A stretch of 64,000 nucleotides of DNA from Octopus sinensis (Eukaryota), in contig NC_042998.1 of assembly GCF_006345805.1 (NCBI RefSeq), positions 162,440,001 to 162,504,000 of the forward strand, written 5' to 3'. Positions 41,060 to 55,307 of the stretch are shown piece after piece. The position numbers and the translations under genes were made by a program. The number at the start of each line of letters is the position of its first letter. The first letter of the stretch is position 1. The notes beneath the pieces were generated by a model. The model had not been told where the DNA came from. It did no database searches and saw only the letters and a list, made by a program, of their open reading frames with translations.

Positions 41060-41233
41060 CCTCATGGAAGACATTCGATGATGATAATTTGATGATGATG
41101 ATAATGATGACGATGATGATGACAACAACGATGATGGCAGTGGATGTTCTTTATGATGATGATGACACTGACATTGATTATGGCAACAATAATGATGATG
41201 TTGATGATGATGGTGACGGTGCTGGTGGTGACA

Positions 41234-41283
<50 letters not shown>

Positions 41284-42010
41284 AATGATGATGTTGCTGG
41301 CAGTGACAATGATGAGGATGATGATGTTAATGGTGAGGTAACTGTGGGAAAATAAAAACAGTCAAAAAAGAAGAAGAAGAAGAAGAAGAAGAAGAAGAAG
41401 AAGAAGAAGAAGAAGAAGAAGAAGAAGAAGAAGAAGAAGAAGAAGAAGAAGAAGAAGAAGAAGAAGAAGAAGAAGAAGAAGAAGAAGAAGAAGAAGAAGA
41501 AAACTGATGAAGATGATGATAATGATGAGGATGATGGTGATATAGGTGCAGATTGTGCTGGTGGTAGAGGAGAATGAGGAAAGTGCAAAGGAGAATGAAA
41601 ATGTAAAGGAATGAAGAAAAGGTAGAGGGAGGGGTTGGAGTGATGGTGGTGGTGGTGGTAGTGGTGGTGGTGAGATGAGGTAAGCTGAGTCTCTGACATT
41701 ATATTTGTGGGGGTGCAGAATATTGCAAGATATTTCAATACAGAACAAGAACAACACAAACAGCAATGATGACAACAATAGTGAAAACCTCATAAACAAC
41801 ATCACCAACACCACCACCAACAACAAATAACGCAATAGCAGCAACATCAACATGAACAATAAAAGCTGCAGCAACAATACTAATGAACTACTACTAACAC
41901 CACCACTACTCCCACCATAACAACACTAATGGCAGTCATAACAACAACAGAAAAAGCAGCAACTGCTCAATAACAACTGCATGCAATAGGAAAATTAACA
42001 ACAGTAACTG
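41060..42010. repeat. Compound trinucleotide tract (GAT)n-(GAA)n-(GGT)n-(CAA)n, including about 44 pure AAG units at 41368-41501
   Basis: Direct inspection. Confidence 0.95.
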
Positions 42011-42197
42011 CGTCAACAGTGGCAAGTCTGAGAAATTAACTGTAAATTTATGTCTTCCCTTGCTAAGAAATGTATACAGTGCACACATACACAAATATAA
42101 ATGCATACGCACATATATGCAACACATTCACACACCTCAGGAAGAGTTTGGTTGAGACCCCCCTCCATCTTACCTTTTGCACACAACATACACTTAC

Positions 42198-42258
42198 TAG
42201 TCTCCATGTTAACTCTGCAAACTTTCATGCCTGACTAACGACAATGCCGGCAGCAGCC
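42198..42258 (-). CDS. Candidate 61-nt exon containing an ATG (MKVCRVNMET), with an alternative in-frame donor at 42174
   Basis: TTTCAG| acceptor, |GTAAGT donor, second AAG|GTAAGA donor 24 nt downstream; CpGs retained. Confidence 0.3.
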
Positions 42259-43606
42259 CTGAAATTTTACAGGGCATATGGATTTTCTAGTAATGTTTTG
42301 AATGGATGAGGATTTTAGTTATCAAGGAATTCACAGTAGCAGTATAGACTCTTAGCTACAAATGTTGCTTCCATTGTGTAACTTAGTTTAGTCATTGTCA
42401 GTTAGCTTTGCAGGCAAAAAAATACATCAGAAACATCCTAGGTGTTACATGCAGGGCAAGGTTATCTTCTTTACATCTGTTCTAGCTGTGGTGATATTCA
42501 TAAATGTTGCCACATTTCTATTCAATGAATGGGTAATTCCAAGCTTGTAGCAGGAAATGTCTTAAATGTGGGTACCAACTAAATATTTCTCTCCTGAAGT
42601 TTAAAAAAGTCCCCAGGTGAAATGAGTCTTTTAGAGAAAGCAAGAAACCTAAAAACCACTAATTCAAATGGCCAGTCATGTTATGCACACTATGTCATGT
42701 TTATTCTGCCTAACAGTTACATTAAGTATGCCTTTATCCATGGAATACTCAACCATTTAAATGCTAATTCAATGAAAAGATAACTCAATCAATAAACAGA
42801 AGTGCACATTATCAAAAGTGGTAGAGAATTATTTTCACTATTTATATTTATATCTCTATCTGTGTATGTCTTTCTGTCTCCCTCTCCTTGTCTCTCTCTC
42901 TATATATGTGTGTGTGTGTGTATGCTGTAGGGAATAAGTGATATAAACTTGTGTGTAATAAAATGTTAACTTCTTAATCATATCATTCTGAGTTCAGTCT
43001 CACTGAGTGGTACCTTGGGTAAATGTTTTCTGTTATAACCTCGAGCTGACCAAAGCCTTGTGAGTTGATTTGGATGATGAAAACTGAAAAAAGCCCATTA
43101 TGTATGTATGTATGCATGTATGTATGTATGTATATAAATCCATGTGTGTGTGTGTATGTTTCTTTATGTACATGCTTGTTCTCCCCGCAACTGCTTGACA
43201 ACCAGTGTTGGCTTGTTTAGATCACTATAACTTAGTGGTTTGGCAAAAGAGATCAATAGAATAAATACCAGGCATAAAAAAGAAGTTCTATGATTGATTT
43301 GTTCAGCTAAACTTTTAAAGGGGATGCTCTAGCATGGTCACAGTCCAATGACTGAGAAAATATGCACACACACACACAATTTATGATCTTGGATATTTTA
43401 GCTGAGACCATCTTGTCTTCCCCACATTTTCTGTCTATTGAGGCACTGATTGACTCAGGGTTACAGAAGATTCTCACCCAAGTCTGAATTTAAAATCATG
43501 TTGCTGTAATGAAGACTTCTTAACCACACAGCAATGCCTGCAGTAATTTTCATCATTTTTGTCATGGAAAAATACATTAATATTTTTGTTGTTGTTATTA
43601 TTAGCG

Positions 43607-44027
43607 AAGGTGGCAAGCTGGAAGAATCGTTAGCACACTGGGCAAAATGCTTAGTGATATTTTGTCTGCCACTATGTTCTGAGTTCAAATTTTGCTGAGG
43701 TCGACATAGCCTTTCATCCTTTCAGGGTTGATAAATTGAGTACCAGTGATTAACTAGTCCTCTTCTGACAAAATTTCAGGCATCATGCCTTTAGTAGAAA
43801 GGATTATTATTAATAATAGGGTTTGTAAGCTGACAGAATTGTTACCATGCAGGGTAAAATGCTTAGTGGTATTTTGTCCATCTTTACGTTCCAAGCTCAA
43901 ATTTCTCTGAGGTTGATAAAATAAGTACCATTTGATGTAATCAATTTACCCACTCCCCCGAAATTGCTGGCCTTGTGCTAAAATTTAAGATTATTATTAT
44001 CATTATTATCATTATAATCATAATTAC

Positions 44028-44089
<62 letters not shown>

Positions 44090-44333
44090 TATTATTATTA
44101 AGGTAGCAAACTGGCAGAATTGTTAGCACACTGGGCAAAATGTTTAGTGGTATTTTGTCTGCCACTATGTTCTGAGTTCAAATTCCGCCAAGGTCGACTT
44201 TACTTTCATCCTTTCAGGGTCAATAATTCAAGCAGCAATTGAACACTGGGGTCGATGTAATTGACTCATCCCCACAATCTCAAAGCTGCGCTCTTGGCAA
44301 AAATCCTCCTCATCATCATCATCATTATTATTA

Positions 44334-44373
<40 letters not shown>

Positions 44374-44615
44374 TATTATTATTGAGGTGGCAGGCTGGCC
44401 AAATTGTTAGCATGCCAAGCAAAATGCTTTGCAACATTTTGTCCCATCTTCACTTTCTGGGTTCAAATTATGCTGAGGTTGACATTGCTTTTCATCCTTT
44501 TGGGAATCAACAAAATAAGTACCAGTTGAACACTGGGGGTTGATGTAATCTACTTATCCACCTCTCCCCCCCAAAAAAAACTGCTGGCCTTGTGCCAAAA
44601 CTTCAAATCATTATT
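43607..44615 (+). mobile_element. Four head-to-tail SINEs with a Deu/Nin-like domain
   Basis: Each copy reads GGTGGCAAGCTGGCAGAATCGTTAGC...GCCTTTCATCCTT...GATAAA..AGTACCAG (partly deleted in copy 2) and ends in (ATT)n or (CAT)n/(ATT)n. Confidence 0.75.
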
Positions 44616-45208
44616 ATTATTAATATAACATTACTGCTACTACTACAGCCTTAAATATATATATATATATACATACACACACATATACATACATACATAT
44701 ATATGTACATGCATAGATACATATATATATATACATATGCTCATACATAAATACATACATGTATTTATATAAATGCACACATACACATACATAAATAAAT
44801 ATGTAGCGCTGTGGCTTTTGCAGTTGTTGAGCAAAAAGCTTAGACATATTTGCAGAATTCCTTTTGTAGCATCTTCCCTTGCATCTAACACCATTCCAAG
44901 TCCAGCTGTTTATTTAGGATAATACCCAACTGATTCTTTGGCCAAATGCCATTTATGATACTGTCGCTTTCAGCTCTCTCTCTCTCTCTCATTCTCTCTC
45001 TCTCTCTCCCTCTCTCTCTCTTTCTCCCTCCTACCAAGTTGTCATCTCCAGTTTCTAGAATCTCAAACTCATCTATTTACTTTATATATCTGTGTGTGTG
45101 TGTGTATGTGTCTATATACACACATGCGCATACATACATATATGTGTCTGTGTACATATATACATATATATAGATGTACATACACACATATATGTATATA
45201 TGTCTATA

Positions 45209-45251
<43 letters not shown>

Positions 45252-46740
45252 TATGTTCATATATACATATATATATACACACGCACACATGTATATATGT
45301 ATATATGTATGTTTGTATCTATGTGAGTGTGAATTTGTGTATTTTAATTTTAGCGTTCATTCATTACTACTACTACTATAACTGATAATTAACACTACTC
45401 TTGGTAACCTTGTCATGACCATCATCATTATTATTATTATCATTATTACTATCATCATCGTCATCTTTCTTGTCGTCATCATCATCATCTTCATCGTCGC
45501 CGTCATCATCATCATCATCCTCATCATCATTATCATCATCATTGTTATTGTTATTATTATTATTCATAACACGTGTTCTGTGTTTGCCATATGAAGTCAT
45601 TTCATCAAGGGGAACAGAGATCTAATGTGTATGATAGGTAGAGAAAGTTGAAACGCTCTTGTTTTTCTTGTGGTTGTTATTGTTGCAAATATTCTTCTTG
45701 GGTTCTTCTTACTTCCTTATCCTTTTTCTTCAACAACATTTTGATGAAATTGCAAGAATTTATGTTTATTTTCTATATTACCTTTTTCTCCTTTTTTTCT
45801 TTATTTTTCTTTTGTTTATACATATCATTATTATACCACGCCACTATTTTTATTCGTCTTATATATCATTATTTCACTCCAGAATCACCATTTAGTTTTA
45901 TTTTATATATTCTATTTATTTTAATTTATTTTATTTTATTTATTTCTTTTACATGCTTATCATTATTCCCTTCACTACAAGCTTTTTTTTTTTCATCCCT
46001 TATTCTCCATTGTGGTTTTCCATTCTCTTTTGCTGCTGCCAAACTGTTCTTCACCAAAGAACATGATCCAGAGAAAAACAACAACAACTGCGAAAAAAAA
46101 ACATTTTTTTTTTTTTGGAAAACAGTAAAAATAAAACATGTATTCTGTTATATTCCTGATTTGCTTGCTCTATCAGAAACAAGGCCCCTCAACAAAATCC
46201 CTTTGTCAATGTTATGCCAAATTAAGACCCATTTACCATTTCTGTGGTCATAAATCAACACATTAAGGATGTTTTAACCCCCTTGTTTCATTCCTTTTTG
46301 TCTATGTGTCTGTTTTTATGTCTGTCAAAACGAACTGTTTCCATTAATATTATTCTACCTGTTCTTCTTGTAACAAACAAGCCACCATTTCTCTCATTTG
46401 TATGCTGACCAACAAATTTTTTTGCCAGCAACTACCTGAGAAAATATTGACCAACTTTCTGTTTCTGTCTCGGTTACATCATGTTCATGTATATATGTAT
46501 ATAGGTATGTCTGTGTAAGTGTGTGTGTAGGTATATATGTATATATAGTCATGTATATTGATTGTATGTGTATGTGTGTATACACATACACAGATATACA
46601 GGTATGTATGTGAATGTGTATGTATGTGCATGTGTTATATATATATATATATATATATGTACATGCTTGTGTATGCATATTTGTGCATATACATACATAC
46701 GTACATGCATATATACATATATATATATGTATATATGTAT

Positions 46741-46785
<45 letters not shown>

Positions 46786-46869
46786 TTATATCTTATTTGC
46801 AATACACTCACACACACACATTTCTACTTAGCTATTATTTCTCCACTGACTTTGTGTGTGTGTGTGTGT

Positions 46870-47130
46870 GTTTCTCCAGACATTTACTCTCTGTAATAGC
46901 TTCAAATATTCTTGACACTCCACTATAGATGTAGTAGTCCATGCTAAGAGCCAGTTGTTGCTTATGTATATACAAGTTCTGATAAACCATGCACTCATTT
47001 TCTCTTGTGTAAACCTCCAGGCTATAAAGTTTTTAAAGTTTCTATCGTCAAACTTCATGCAGTTTCAGCGTACTTTATCTGACAAAGTACGAAGTTATAG
47101 GACAAAGAGAAGCCTTCTTCATTCTAATTT
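46870..47130 (-). mobile_element. Possible highly decayed Tc1/mariner transposase fragment
   Basis: Shifted frames give FTQEKMSAWF...NW..MDYYIYS, loosely like HT..KTQ.W...WP.SPDLNP.DYYIW. Confidence 0.3.
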
Positions 47131-47621
47131 GCACCAGTTCTTTTTTTACTGGCTCATGTGCATGTTTATGTGTGCTTCTATGAAATTATAACGTGTGTAA
47201 ATATTTAAATTCTTTTATATGTAAATGTGTTTATATGTACTTGTGTATGTGCATATATGTATACACATACATGCATAACTACATATATACATATATGCAT
47301 AGATCTATATATATACATATATGCATAGATACATATATACATATATGCATAGATACATATATACATACATGCAATCACACACATGCACACACATACACAC
47401 ACATATGCATTTATATATTTTTTAGACAAGAATATTGTTGACAGTGACTTCGAAGGTTTGGTCAGCTAAGCCATTGGCACACTGTTCGAAACTTTGAAGT
47501 CAGCGTCAAGAAATTTTACTTTACTAAATTTGTACTCTACTAAAGTATGGTGTAACCTATCAGGTTAATGTAAAATTGGTTTTATAATAACTGAACATAA
47601 AAGCAAACATTAATGATTATA

Positions 47622-47656
<35 letters not shown>

Positions 47657-48094
47657 TGTGTATGTGTATATATATATATAATATATATATATATATATCT
47701 GTATCTATATCTATATCTATATATCTGTATACTTATATCTATATCTATATATCTATCTATCTATATATATATATATATATATGTAAAATACACACATACA
47801 TGCATGTATATTGGTAATAATATTAGTCAGTTTATTTGTACACATGTAAACAGAGTCTTCAGATGTTCTAAGGAAATGAAATAGAATAGAATGAAATGAA
47901 ACAAAATAAAATAAAATATTTACATTACATTTCAGAATTTGTCTAGACCTAGTAAAAACTTGTGCCCTGTAGAGGCACAACTTTTCTCAAGCACTAGAGT
48001 AGATTAAATAACTTGAAAGCTTTAGTTACAATCTGTAACCAATCTATCTTTATCTTTGACACCTGTTCATTATTGGCTTATCACTGATCATTGA

Positions 48095-48980
48095 ACAATA
48101 GATTATTTTAAGGGTTGCCAAACGACAAAGTTTCATTGACAAAAGTGTCATTGACAAAGTGTCATTGACTATAGGGCTGTGTTTAGAAATGGCTAAGAAA
48201 TGTAAATCATCTTGTTTGTTGCAAACATGAGTGTTTTTTTGGGGGGTGACTTCAAACTACTGGTTTGTCTGACAGCTTCCCATAAAAGATGGATTTGCTT
48301 TGGAACAGTCAAGCATTTGTTTTGTCATTTTCTTTAAGGCATTTTTTAAACCATTTTGTTACTATATTTCTGTCGAAATACACTTTCAATTGATTTTAAA
48401 AATAATGAAGAATTTAATAAAATAATTTGGTTATTATTAAACTGGTATTAGTTAGGACAAAAATCAGCATGAGATTATAATGAAAGATTTTAATTAAGAT
48501 CATTTATCTTATATCATAGAAAGAGAAGCAGTCTCAGTTTGGTATCAAAAGGTTAAACTGTCATTGAAAATAGAGTTTGTTTTAAATGATTTGAGTGACA
48601 ATAGCATTTTGTTTCAAATTGAACTGTCAAATCATGAGATTTATTGACAATATAGTTTATTTCAAACTATCAAACAATTGCAACTGTCAAATTACTTGTG
48701 TCATTAAAATTATGGTCTGGCTTTAAACTTATCAAACCATGGAGTATCATTTGAAAATAGTGATTTGTTTGCTACTGGGCTATCAAACTACTGGAGTCAT
48801 TGAGATTTAGGTTTGTTTTGGGCTGTCAAACCACTGATGTCAGTGACTACAAAGTTTTATTTCAAACTGTCAAATAACTGGTTTGTTATTGATTATAGGG
48901 TTTTGTTTTGAACTATCAAACCACTGTTTTTTTACTGACAATGGGGCTTTGATGACATTATCAAACACTGGTCAAACTGA
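48095..48980. repeat. Degenerate ~43-bp minisatellite interrupted by a TTAA MITE (about 48346-48556)
   Basis: Units approximate CTRTCAAACCACTGGWGTCATTGACAATAGGGTTTGTTTTGAA; MITE ends TTTGGTATCAAAAGGTTAA. Confidence 0.65.
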
Positions 48981-49826
48981 GATGAAGGATCTACTTGAGT
49001 TACTTATTAATTAAAAAAGCTTCTTAGTTCAGAACTTTGCCACTGTTCCTATCTCCGGGCAATTAAATCAGACTTTATAATTAAAGTGCAAGTGGATATA
49101 GGGCTTAAAATATACAGCCACCACCATAATAAACTTGACCCGGAAGAGTAAAGAGAAATGTGAAAGACAGCCAGAGATGACAAACTATGAAAACTAACTC
49201 ATTGTTTTACAAGAAATACGGATGATCTGTTTTACTTTGAAGTGAGGAATGTACCAACTTTTATATAGATGACTTAAGACAGGAATATTGCTTTGAAGAT
49301 CAACATCATGTAGAAGTGTGAGGTAATATACCTAACCCTGTATAAGCAGCATGTATGGTTATGAAGCATGTTTTGCAATGACATTGTTCTAGGTCTGGGA
49401 GCATGATCTTAGGCAGATGCTTTCTACAGTGGCCTCATGATGATCAATAACTTGTGAAAAGAACTTTGTAGAAGGAAACTATGTAGAAGCCTTTGTGTGC
49501 ATGTGTATGTGTGTGTGTGTGTGTGTGTGTGTACGTGCATGCATGTGTGTGTGTTGTATGTGTGTCTCATAGTTGTGTATCAGTGAAAGGATATAAACAT
49601 CCATGAGAAGCCAAAACCCTGTGTCATTTTTACTGCCAGAAATGCAGTGAACCAAGGATTGGCCAGTTCACACACTTTAAACTGTTTACCAACAGCAATA
49701 TAATATACATAAATAATTCCATAGAGAATTATATAGGTTTGTTTTGAAGTAAATGGTTCATTATGAATAGATAGATAGATAGACAAGTAAGTATATAAAC
49801 AGAAGGAATTGGGTGCAGGAGAGAGG

Positions 49827-49879
<53 letters not shown>

Positions 49880-52113
49880 GTGGTGGGTAGACAGGCAGGC
49901 AAGCAGACTAAAAAAGTTGGTGACCTTTCTATGATGAAGTTGCTTAATTCTTGTCATCGTACTTAATGTTATGCAATTTATCATATAGTGAATTTTAATT
50001 TTATATAACATTTAAATGTTGAAGAAATTTTTGAATCACCCTGTATATGTCATCATTATCATTTTATATCCAATTTGCCATATGAACAGTAGTCTCGTGG
50101 TGTTTCTGAGGCAGCATCTTCTGACTGATGCTCTTCCTGTTTGTGACCATTTTAGTTGCCTCTTACAGTACGCAAGGTTGTAGGGTACCTGTTCTAAAAT
50201 TGAGATACACTCAATAAGTAAGCATGCACATGCACACACACACACACACACACACACACGTGTACATATACACACATACACACATATTTAAATATACAAA
50301 CTAGCTAAGTGTGAATGTGTATCTATTTCAGTTACTCCTATTCTCAAAATAATTTAAGGTTTTGTATTGAGATAGATAATACCCTTTCTACTTTCAATTC
50401 TATTTTTAAGGAATCATTATCCTTTGAAAAAAACAATCAGTTATTGAGACTTCTTTTTTAAACATCCTGATGCATTATCTATACAGTAGAAGAGGCTAAT
50501 TTAATAGTTGAAGATGGGACAGTGAGGAGTAGTATCATAAAAAAAGAAGAGTAAATAGACATAGAGATAAAAGAGTAAAGAGGAAAACGGTTTCATTTAT
50601 GACTAAGTTAGAGGAGAAGATCAGAGATAGAGAGAGAGAGAGAGAGAAGAGGGATAGGATAAGAGGTGACATTTCAAGAATTGCCAAGCTTGAGAATATG
50701 GTGATTACATAAACTTATAATGAAGATCAGTGGAATATTACTACAAAATCTAAAAGACTTATAAAATGACAAATGTATTAAATACATAAATACAAAAAAG
50801 TATAAAATGAAAATAGCATAGACAGCATTCCAGTGTTTATCAGACAACAAAGAAATTATGAAGATCTGGAGAAGACTTATGACTCTAAAAAGAAGATTAC
50901 ACACATTTTGTTTATACATGTGGTAGAGAAGAATATTCCGTAATTTGGTTTCATCTTAAATGTGTAGCTATTACATAGAGAACTGTTTCTATAAAACTTC
51001 AGAGATTACTACAATTGGAAGAATAAAAGGTAAAAACAGATAGATATATCTACAAGTGATAAAACTAATAACAGTGAGTCTTCCATCACTGTTATGATGG
51101 AAGTTAACTGTTCTCTGAGAATAAATGTGGCCTGTTGTTTATAGCATGAACGATACAGAAGGATTTTGAAAAAAGAAACATTCTTATAAAGGATACTTCA
51201 ATAAGTTGGCCAGGTAGATAGAGTACTTATTTATTTAGCTTATGACTCAATGGGTGTAGTTTGGTTTCTATTAGTATTTAAAATGGCACCAGCTGCTCCA
51301 AGCTGTAGAAACACTGATTTTTATAAGCAATTTTTTAAACATGAGGCACTGAATTCAGTTTTATTTGCATGGTTGTTAGATCTGCCAGACTGAACAACAA
51401 AATTTCATTCTAATCACACCATTCCATTTTGAAGAACATATTAGACGATGTAACCCTAGATACACTATATCTGATAAAAAGACAAGATGATTATGGTTGG
51501 GAAAACTATCATCAAAGATCTGTTCAGAAAGGGTTAACATAGAAGTAATAATATCAAATAGCAATATTAAATGTGAAGTGATTAAATGCTCATGGGATTT
51601 GCATTACAACATACAGACATTAAAATACACAAACAACACTCAAGTAATATTATAAGAATTGAAATGTATACTAGCTTTATAATAGATAAACACATCACAA
51701 AAACTTCATAAAGCAGAAGACAAAATGAATTACAGCCAGCCATAAACTAAACCAACTATATACTACAAAAATACTGTAATTAAAACCTTTATGCCGATAA
51801 CACATCACAGTCATGTAAACCTGCAAATAAAATACTATTGACCAATGTGATTTATATATTTTCTTATAAAAGTAAAAGTTGTAAACTTCATGACAATAAC
51901 TGTTTCATTGGTCATATGAGTGAACCATTTTTATTGTAGCTCACCTCACACTAATAACTAGCACTAGTTGCAAAGTGCTACACCATGCAACTCAAAACCA
52001 AACTAGATAGGAAAACATTAGTTGACAACACATCAATGCTGTAGGATTCTTGACAAAAACAGACAATGAGAAAAGTAATACACACAACAGTTTGATGACA
52101 AACTAAACATATA

Positions 52114-52565
52114 CAGGTCATCATCAACTTACGACCACAATTGGTTCCAACTGACTAGTCATAAGTCGATTTGGTTGTAAGTCAGCCTGTAGGCCTACAT
52201 AGCTTTGTTATATATTTTTACATTCTTAAGGTACATTCTCAGGTAAAAGTCACACACAGCATTCTGTATTATACTATTATACTGGCATTAGTCAAAAATC
52301 TCGGAGTCTCAAGCAGTTTTCTTATAAATAAATACAAGGTTGCTTTGATGCCTCCACAAGATATTCATCCAACACTTGAGATAACCACAGTGGCAATTGA
52401 TAAACAAACCTAGGGGACATCACCTGTAGATGGGTTAATTTCTAAGAAATTAAATCCATTAGGTTTCAACTGGACTATTAATTATCGCTGCCAGGAGTTG
52501 GTGTGCCAATCATCATAAAATCGATTGGTCATAAGTTGGATAGGTTGTAAGTCAATGACGACCTG
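52114..52565. mobile_element. Tigger/pogo-like MITE flanked by TA
   Basis: TIRs CAGGTCATCATCAACTTACGACC and (reverse complement) CAGGTCGTCATTGACTTACAACC. Confidence 0.75.
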
Positions 52566-52960
52566 TATACAACATATCGTAGTCACAAACAAAATTAAAT
52601 ATTTGATTGATAATGTATAAATCTATATCTCATCAAAAAACTTCAAATTTCAACTGTAACATCTAGCCCAAACATTGGTGCTGTACACTACATAAAGGCA
52701 GTGACATATTCCAACATCATTTCATCCTGAAGATAAAACTATGAAGGTATAGAAACATCAGTAATTGATTTGAAGAAAGTGCAAGAAAGTCAAAGGAAAA
52801 TATGAAAAGAATAAACTTTAGAGAAAAGAGCAGAAAGTAGAGTACAAACCTATTTTGAATGTGGTAAAAGGAAAAGTTGCTCTCAAATATATATGCAATC
52901 ACACACAGGTGCACTTACTAAAACACATATAAACACATGCACACACATGGGTGTATATAT

Positions 52961-53005
<45 letters not shown>

Positions 53006-53726
53006 ATGTATATATATGTATATTTATATCAATATATATAAATATATATATACAGACAAGCACACACATACACACACACACATGCACATACAAATATTGA
53101 TCTATATGTGTGTGTGTAAGTGTGTGTGTGTATGTGTGTGTGTGTGCGTGTGTGTATGTGTGTGTGTGCGTGAGTATTAGTTGACATTAGCAGGCAGGGA
53201 ATTGTTTGGTGTGCAGTTTAAATTTTACATTGCCAACCTGTAATTGTGTTTGTTACATCAATCAGTTACACAGTATAGTTTTCTAAGGGCCATTTTTATA
53301 CCTTTACAATCGTTTTTTTCTTTCATGCTTTTATTAATTTTTTTTTTTTCTGTTTAGTATGAGGTGAGAGTCAAGTGATGTGATTTTGATTGTTTAAATG
53401 TTTATTATATGTATGTTTGCTGCCATGCTCTCCGTGCACTTAAATGGCTTTCTGCTACTGAATCTTTTGTGAATCTACCGCAAGTGATCTAGCCTCCATT
53501 TGCAATATTAATCTTGCCAACAGCTATTTACTGAGTCTCTTTGCAAAAATGTCTTAGCCATTTTCTCACTTTCAAGATGATGCATATGTGTGTATGCATG
53601 TTTGTGTGTGTGTGTGCAAGTTTGTGCATACATGTGTGTGTATACACATATACAAATATATATCTATATATATATATATACATATTTATATATGCACACA
53701 CAGACACACACACACACATACACATG

Positions 53727-53759
<33 letters not shown>

Positions 53760-54614
53760 GTATGTACACACAGACACATACACACATGCATACGAGTATA
53801 ATTTTCTTTTGTGTGTACATGCATTTGTGCATAATGCATTCTCATGTGAATTATGTGTACACACACACATGCATGCACACACACATAATATATATATTCA
53901 TATAAAAATTCATCTATATATATGTATACATATGTGTGTATATATATATATGTGTGTGTATATATATATATATGCATACATATATTATATAGATATATAT
54001 ATGTATATATATGTATAAATATACATATATATATATATATATGTATGTATGTATATATGAATATGTGTGTGTGTGTGTGTGTTTTGTGTGTGTTTCTGCA
54101 TCTGTGTTTAAATGTATTTATAAGTGTGGCAGAGTAATGATTTCATTCGACTGCTAATATTTTTTTATACAGTCTGCGATTGATGATAATCCAAGTGGCC
54201 TGGTTATACAAGTTGTTGACAGGTCCTCTATAATACAAATGACATTGACTGCAATTGGAAAATTGCATACCTTCATCTCTGAAGAATATATTGATTTATT
54301 TCTTTTGATATTCACATCCCCCACTCAACATCCATGCACACACATGCGTGTGGATGTGTGCATACATATGTATATCTATATGTATACATATGTGTATTTG
54401 TCTGTTAGTGTGTGAACATTTATATGTATGTAGGTAGGTAGGTAGGTAGGTAAGTAGGTGTGTACGCATCAATGTATATATGTTTATATGTATATCTTTA
54501 TATGTATATGTTTATATATGTGTGTGTATATATGTTTATGTATATCTATATATCTACCTATCTTTCTATCTATATGTGTGTGTGTGAGTGTATGTGTGTG
54601 TTGATATTTATATA

Positions 54615-54671
<57 letters not shown>

Positions 54672-55307
54672 TGTATGCATATGTGTGTGTGCATATATAT
54701 ATGTATATAAGTATGTATGTATATATATATGCATACATATGCATGAAATAACATTTCTAATTTCATCTTGATCTCTAATAACAATGTTAATTGCAAAACT
54801 AATAAGCAAAGAATGCTGAGATAGGCTCTTATACACATGCAAACAGAATGGAACACACAGACACACACACACAGACATGTACACACATACACACACACTT
54901 ACATAAACTTTCACAACTCTTCACATGTGTGTGTGCGTGTATACACATGCAAACATGCATGCACATATAATTCACAGTGAGAGGGGAGACCCCAAGTATG
55001 ATGCACTGACACACATTTGCATAGTCACTCAATCAGTGATATCTATTGATAGTTTCTTATGTAAGCTTTAACACGCACACTTGCACTCAGAAACACACAT
55101 ATGCATATCAAGATATGCATAAATATACTCTTCATAAAGTTTTTTTACATAGCTTATACAGAAAGCAGGTATTCTGGTATTCTAGGCATTCTTCTAAAGA
55201 TGTTGTTATAAAGAAGGCAGATGCAAAACGTTTGTATATAGTGTACTGTTTTGTCATGGTAAGATCAACAAAAAAAATACTCCATCTAGTGAGAGATAAA
55301 TATTATC

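Noticed and set aside
41005-41877. Acidic poly-D, poly-M and poly-F/L ORFs
   Set aside because: Compound trinucleotide repeats with no splice or domain support
45648-46253. 201-aa hydrophobic F/L/I-rich ORF resembling a membrane or mitochondrial protein
   Set aside because: Comes from T-rich low-complexity DNA; I see no recognisable motif or similarity to mitochondrial proteins
48557-48980. Repeat array as possible CRISPR
   Set aside because: Whole units are homologous and degenerate with no unique spacers; eukaryotic context and no cas genes
50640-51060. Protein-like plus-frame stretch (DSIPVFIRQQRNYEDLEK...)
   Set aside because: About 8 stops in 140 codons, near random expectation, with no recognisable motif
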